Assembly (NCBI GenBank): GCA_965228735.1
Contig: OZ245838.1
Coordinates: 1,504,001-1,568,000 of the forward strand
Length of the DNA stretch: 64,000 nt
Reading direction: 5' to 3'
DNA from: Planctomycetota bacterium
Lineage (GTDB): Bacteria > Planctomycetota > UBA1135 > UBA2386
Made by a program: the position numbers and the translations under genes. Below the pieces are notes generated by a model. It searched no databases. It was not told where the DNA came from and was given only the letters and a program-made list of their open reading frames with translations. Positions 59,473 to 64,000 of the stretch are shown here, piece by piece (the first letter of the stretch is position 1; each line of letters starts with the position of its first letter).

Positions 59473-59985
59473 CTACTTCTCGCCAGCCCAGACGGACGTG
59501 AAGGCGCTGTAGTTGTCGAACGTGATGTCCGCGGCGTGGATCGCGCCCCAGACCATCACGACGAAGCCGACGATCGCGGCAGCCGTGACCCAGGCCGGGG
59601 TGGGCTCTTCCGGCGCGCCCGCAGCGGCCATCGCCGGCGCGCGGGCCGCGCGACCACCAGCGTTGCCGGCCCGACGGCCACTGCCGCGACGCGGGGTCGG
59701 CTCCTCGATGACGACGTCGTCGTCCGCGAGCAGGGTGTCCTCGTCCGACAGCTGCTCCGTGACCATGCCCGTGTCGTCCTCGAGCGAATCGGCGAACGAC
59801 AGCTCGGACTCACCTTCGGACTGCGACATCAGCGCGTCGACGTCCTCGGCGCGGAACTTCATCGAGTCGCCATCGCGGAAGGCACGAATCTCGCCTTCAC
59901 TGACGAGCTTCTTGAGTTCCTCGCTGCGCATCTTCAGATCGCGCAGCGCATTCTCGAAGGAAACGAAATCGTCGCTCTTGGACAC
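59473..59985 (-). CDS. Excisionase/MerR-like HTH protein with acidic linker and C-terminal TM
   Basis: SFENALRDL....EELKKLVSEGEIRAFRDG.SMKFRAEDV; TM AWVTAAAIVGFVVMVWG. Confidence 0.75.
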   Translation of the reverse strand: MSKSDDFVSFENALRDLKMRSEELKKLVSEGEIRAFRDGDSMKFRAEDVDALMSQSEGESELSFADSLEDDTGMVTEQLSDEDTLLADDDVVIEEPTPRRGSGRRAGNAGGRAARAPAMAAAGAPEEPTPAWVTAAAIVGFVVMVWGAIHAADITFDNYSAFTSVWAGEK

Positions 59986-60187
59986 GGACTAACCTCGGGG
60001 TGTGCTTGGAAGGGATCCCGCAATGCCGCCAAGGGACGGACCTTCCGGGAGAGGGACAGAGGGAATCAAAGGGGTTGGGAGAGCCCGGCACGGCGCCTTG
60101 ACGCCGGCCGAGGCTCAGTAGCTTACCGCGCGATCGGGGTTTGTGTAGCCCGATCTTCCCGGCCAGGGGGTCGGCCCGGGGCCCCGA

Positions 60188-60703
60188 TCAGCGCTTGCCG
60201 GCGTCGCGCTCGAGCCCGGTCTTGGGCTCCCGGTCCTTCGTACCGCGCTTTTCGAACAGCTTCTGCAGTCGGGCGTAATCGAACTCGCTCTCGTCGTTGT
60301 AGTTCTCGATTTGCAGATCGAGGTCGATCCGGCGGGCCCCGACGAGCACGATCCGGCGCTGCTCGCTCGAACCACCGCGGGCCTCGTAGACCGCGAGCTG
60401 GCGACCGTTCGTGTCGAGCACGTAGAGCACCGACGTGCCGACGCCGTAACTGCCGGTGACAGCGACGAAACCGTTCGCGCTGGCGCTGTTGCCGCCGTTC
60501 TCGGTGTAGACCACTTCCGGAGCGCTCGTGCCCTCCCGCGGCTCCACGATCGGCGGTGGGTTGACCGGGCCGCGGCCCTGCGCGTGCAGCGGGGTCGGGT
60601 TCTGCCAATGCGTGATCCACTGGCCCAGCAGGAACATCGCGCCGAAGCCGACGCCAATCAGGAGGGCCGAAGGGACAGACAATCGAGGGGTCGGGGCTGC
60701 CAT
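60188..60703 (-). CDS. Membrane-anchored hypothetical protein
   Basis: N-terminal TM; FVAVTG..VLYVLDT..RQLAVY..ARRIDLDL. Confidence 0.65.
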   Translation of the reverse strand: MAAPTPRLSVPSALLIGVGFGAMFLLGQWITHWQNPTPLHAQGRGPVNPPPIVEPREGTSAPEVVYTENGGNSASANGFVAVTGSYGVGTSVLYVLDTNGRQLAVYEARGGSSEQRRIVLVGARRIDLDLQIENYNDESEFDYARLQKLFEKRGTKDREPKTGLERDAGKR

Positions 60704-60725
60704 GGGGGCGGCCACTCTACCCGAT

Positions 60726-63227
60726 TCAGCGGACGACGTCGTAGGGCAGATAGCCGAACTCGGGCGCCCGGTCGCCGCTGGCCAGATCCACGAACAGCAG
60801 CCGGATCCGGGTGGCCGGTCCGCCACCGGCCGCCGCGTCGACCGCGGCCAGCGGGACCGACAGCTCGCCGTCCCGGATGTCCACCTGCGGCAGGAACGGC
60901 AGCGTCTGCAGCACCTGGCCCGCGGTCGCCCCCGTGTCGGCCACGAGCTCGTCGCCGTGGACCAGCAGTTCGCTGCCGATCAACCCGCGCCGCCGCCCCG
61001 AGAACGGGTCGTTGTCGGCGTCGAGGTAGATCGCGAACTGCGACGTCGCGTGCTGCGGCGAACCGTCGAGGTCGAAGCGGTCCCAGCTGCGGAACCGGAT
61101 GTAGAGGTTGGTGTCGTCGTTGGCGACCTGCAGGAACTGCCAGTCCGGCCCGCCCGAGGTGCCCTGGGTGCGCCAGTCGAACATCCGGATCGGTCGCTGC
61201 AGCCAGTCGTCGAAGTCGCCGTCGATGACGATCCCGGGCACGTCGTCCGGCGTCGTGACGCGGAGCACGACGCGGTTGTCGTCCTCGTTGCCCGCGGAGT
61301 CGACCGCGCGCACGGCGAGCCAGTAGCTCGTCGACCGCCGCAGCCCGTCGAGCCGGTACTCGTACGGGAACACGGCGGGCCCGACGCCGTTCTCGTAGCC
61401 CTCGCCGACCGCAGGCAGCATCTCGATCCGCGTCGCGCGTTCGAACCAGCGGTCGGACTGGTTCGACCGGTAGCGGCGGTCGCTGTGGTAGAGCACGTAG
61501 CGCACCGGGTTGAGGTCGCGCGCGACGTCCCAGCGCACGACCGCGGCCCCGGGCTCGGCGACGGCCTGCTGGATCCCGACGCGCGGTTGCGGCGCGCCCG
61601 GCGGAGTCGGGTAGCCCGGATCGTTGACGTTGTAGGTGCTCGTCCAGACCGGCGGTGCGGTATCGGACAGGTCGCCGTGGTCGGCGACGAAGCGGTTGAG
61701 CACGCTGCCGGCCGCGTCGTGGATGTAGTGCCGGTAGCCCGCGACCTCCTGCGCCTCGCGCACGTCGTCGAGCAACGTCGAGAGGCCGCCCAACGCGTTG
61801 CCCGTGAGCGTGGCATGGTCGATCCCCGGGCCTTCGGCGTAGCCGAGCGACAGGATCTGGAACCCGCGATCGCGGTAGGCCTCGGCCTGCAGCTTCGGGC
61901 CCCAGCTGTGCTTGTTCGCCGCGAACGTGTAGGCGTCGAACTCCTGGCCGCTGTTGCGGTCGAGGCGGTAGTTCTCGATCTTGACGAAGTCGAGCAATCG
62001 CCGCGGCGCGACCTCGTAGTGCGGCAGATCCGGGTGGAAGAAGAACAGCCCGCGGTTCTGCAGGATCAGCGCCTCCGGATACTGCGCGCGCAGGCGATCG
62101 ACGAGGCTGCCGTAGCCGGCCGCGGTCCACTCGAACTCGGCCTGGTCGGGATCCGACGGCCCCGTCCAGAGGTTGGGCGCGCAGGTGTCGACGTTGTCGA
62201 GGTAGACGCCGTCGCAGCCGAGCCCGAGCCCGTGGCCGAGCGTCAGCAGCTCGCGAAAGCCGTTGCGACCGTCCGGGCCCGCGCACTCCATCGCGTCGAG
62301 CGCGTCGAACCACGCCGGGTCCCCCATGTTCACGTAGCACGCGCCCGTGACCGAGTTGCGGTCCGGCACGCCGTCGCCGACGCCGTTCGACTCGAGCGAG
62401 TTGTCGTCGAGATAGAACGACGCGTAGCCGCCGCTGACGGACGGCAGCCCGAGCGGGTCGAGACCGGTCAGCGGTTGCCCGGCCGCACCGGCGCCGCGCG
62501 GGTCGACGCGCGGCCCTGTGCCGTCGCCGACGAACCGCGGGTCCGCCTGCAGCTGACTGGCGGTCAGTCCGATCGTGCGCTCGTCCTCGCCGACGTTGAC
62601 GTAGCCGAGCACGAGCACGTCGTCGCTCGGATCCGCGGGATCCACGCCGTCCTGGATGGCCGCGACCAGCGACCTCGTGATGCTCGGGTGGCACGAGTAC
62701 AGGATCACGAGGTCGAACGTCTCGCACACCGCGACCTTGCTCGCGTCCATCGGCCCGAAGTGGATCAGGTACTGCTCCACCCGCCGCGCGGCCGACGGCA
62801 CGTTCAACACGCTGCCGCTCGTCGCGATCACGGCGGTCCGCGTCGGATCGTCGCCGCCGCCGAGGGGCGTCACCGTGACCTCGAAGTCGACGGCCGCGCG
62901 CGCCCCGAGATCCGCGTAGGCGTCCCAGTGGACGAGGTGCCGCGTGCCGTCCGGTGACGTCGCGAGCGCCGTCGTCGCTTCCCGCACGGCGGCCGGCGCG
63001 AACGTGGCGCCGCCGTCGACCGAGTAGCGCACCTCGACGTCGGTCGGGTCGCCCTCCGGGTCGACGAGCACGAACTCGACCGGCACGAGGCCGCTCGCGC
63101 GTTCCGCGACCGCGACGCCGCTCACCGTGGTCGCGGCTGATCCGCCACGCCCGCCGCCACCGCTGCAGCCCGAAACGAGCAGAGCGGTGACGCCGGCGAG
63201 AACGCCGACGCCAGACTTGATCCCCAT
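60726..63227 (-). CDS. Lipoprotein with GH114/PelA-like TIM barrel, FN3-like domain and CBM-like C-terminus
   Basis: LVSGC lipobox; LGYVNVGED, YVN....W, DGVYLDNVD, LILQNRG; YWLAVRAVDSAGN; IDGDFDDW. Confidence 0.75.
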   Translation of the reverse strand: MGIKSGVGVLAGVTALLVSGCSGGGGRGGSAATTVSGVAVAERASGLVPVEFVLVDPEGDPTDVEVRYSVDGGATFAPAAVREATTALATSPDGTRHLVHWDAYADLGARAAVDFEVTVTPLGGGDDPTRTAVIATSGSVLNVPSAARRVEQYLIHFGPMDASKVAVCETFDLVILYSCHPSITRSLVAAIQDGVDPADPSDDVLVLGYVNVGEDERTIGLTASQLQADPRFVGDGTGPRVDPRGAGAAGQPLTGLDPLGLPSVSGGYASFYLDDNSLESNGVGDGVPDRNSVTGACYVNMGDPAWFDALDAMECAGPDGRNGFRELLTLGHGLGLGCDGVYLDNVDTCAPNLWTGPSDPDQAEFEWTAAGYGSLVDRLRAQYPEALILQNRGLFFFHPDLPHYEVAPRRLLDFVKIENYRLDRNSGQEFDAYTFAANKHSWGPKLQAEAYRDRGFQILSLGYAEGPGIDHATLTGNALGGLSTLLDDVREAQEVAGYRHYIHDAAGSVLNRFVADHGDLSDTAPPVWTSTYNVNDPGYPTPPGAPQPRVGIQQAVAEPGAAVVRWDVARDLNPVRYVLYHSDRRYRSNQSDRWFERATRIEMLPAVGEGYENGVGPAVFPYEYRLDGLRRSTSYWLAVRAVDSAGNEDDNRVVLRVTTPDDVPGIVIDGDFDDWLQRPIRMFDWRTQGTSGGPDWQFLQVANDDTNLYIRFRSWDRFDLDGSPQHATSQFAIYLDADNDPFSGRRRGLIGSELLVHGDELVADTGATAGQVLQTLPFLPQVDIRDGELSVPLAAVDAAAGGGPATRIRLLFVDLASGDRAPEFGYLPYDVVR

Positions 63228-63350
63228 GGCAGTGGTGTTCGGTCGGTGCAGCCCCCACCTTGTGGCCCGGATCGGGACGTTCCCGTAGGTGGGGACCAGT
63301 CGCCGGTGGCATCGCGGGTTGCGGCGCGGACCCGCAGCGGTCCCCGGCGT

Positions 63351-64000
63351 TCAGTCGACCTCGAACCGGCCGTGCTTCAGGAACGCGAGCACCTGTTCGC
63401 AGGTCCGCGGCGCGGTCGTGATCTCCGTGTGGCCGAGCGGCAGCACGACTTTCGCGGCACCGGGCAGCTCGGCCTCGACGACCCGGACCGTACCGTCGTC
63501 GTTGCCCGGCAGCGACGCGTTGCCCTCGCCGATGTCCCCCACGATGACCCCCGACCGCTCGACGAACGGAATCGGCCGGTCGTGGAACGGATCGACCCGA
63601 CCCAGCTGCTTCGCGGCCTGGTCGCCCATGATCCAGCGGAACGGGAACCACCGCTTGCGGAGGTCCGCGAGCATCGCGCCGCGGACCGGCGTCGCGATGT
63701 AGACGCACGCTCGCGTCGGCGCATACGCCGACGCGCGCCGGCGCAACAGCTCGTGGATCACGAGCCCGCCGAGGGAGTGTCCGACGAAGTGCCACGCCGT
63801 GACCGGCCCCGCGGCCGCGACCGGCTCGAGCTGTTCGGCGACGTGCTCCGCGTGCTGCTCGATCGTCGCCATCGTGCTCCGGTAGTCGACGTTGTGCACC
63901 TCGTAGCCGTGTGATTCGAGCGTGCGTTCGAGCCGCCCGAGCGCGTACGACGACCGCAGCAGGCCGTGCACGAGCACGACGACGTGACGGCCCTCGGCCG
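63351..64000 (-). CDS. Alpha/beta hydrolase (lipase-like), partial at right edge
   Basis: VVLVHGL, HFVGHSLGG, TP..G, NDDGTV, GH. Confidence 0.85.
   Translation of the reverse strand, partial: AEGRHVVVLVHGLLRSSYALGRLERTLESHGYEVHNVDYRSTMATIEQHAEHVAEQLEPVAAAGPVTAWHFVGHSLGGLVIHELLRRRASAYAPTRACVYIATPVRGAMLADLRKRWFPFRWIMGDQAAKQLGRVDPFHDRPIPFVERSGVIVGDIGEGNASLPGNDDGTVRVVEAELPGAAKVVLPLGHTEITTAPRTCEQVLAFLKHGRFEVD

Noticed and set aside
59473..59985. Excisionase marking a mobile element
   Set aside because: No integrase or att sites; the C-terminal TM and housekeeping context argue against it.

Overview
High-GC bacterial chromosomal window, most likely from a planctomycete. This assignment is an inference from a DUF1549/DUF1553 + DUF1501 pair, a HEAT-vWA protein, a membrane-anchored HTH protein and many secreted orphans. 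Domain calls are from motif recognition, not database searches. About 50 densely packed genes are visible; most long alternative-frame ORFs are GC shadows. Core content: a fused moaD-moaE, a complete ISC Fe-S operon (rrf2-iscS-iscU-iscA-hscB-hscA-fdx) divergent from ygfZ, tkt, ltaE-pmm-DUF62-arginase-fhs, dnaG-rpoD-(CT398-like)-selB, pilT and rsmA. No rRNA, tRNA, CRISPR, transposase or phage gene was recognised. Best leads: (1) a hybrid kinase + porin + half-size PBP module lacking any transporter; (2) a C-terminal 'PNxPAL-x5-YxQ' domain shared by two unrelated secreted proteins, possibly a sorting domain; (3) a stand-alone DUF4388/MshEN-motif protein coupled to PilT; (4) a very acidic bitopic protein with (TDPGQ)n repeats; (5) a membrane-tethered HTH gene next to an OmpA-like gene; (6) tandem repeats and a perfect hairpin centred on stop codons.
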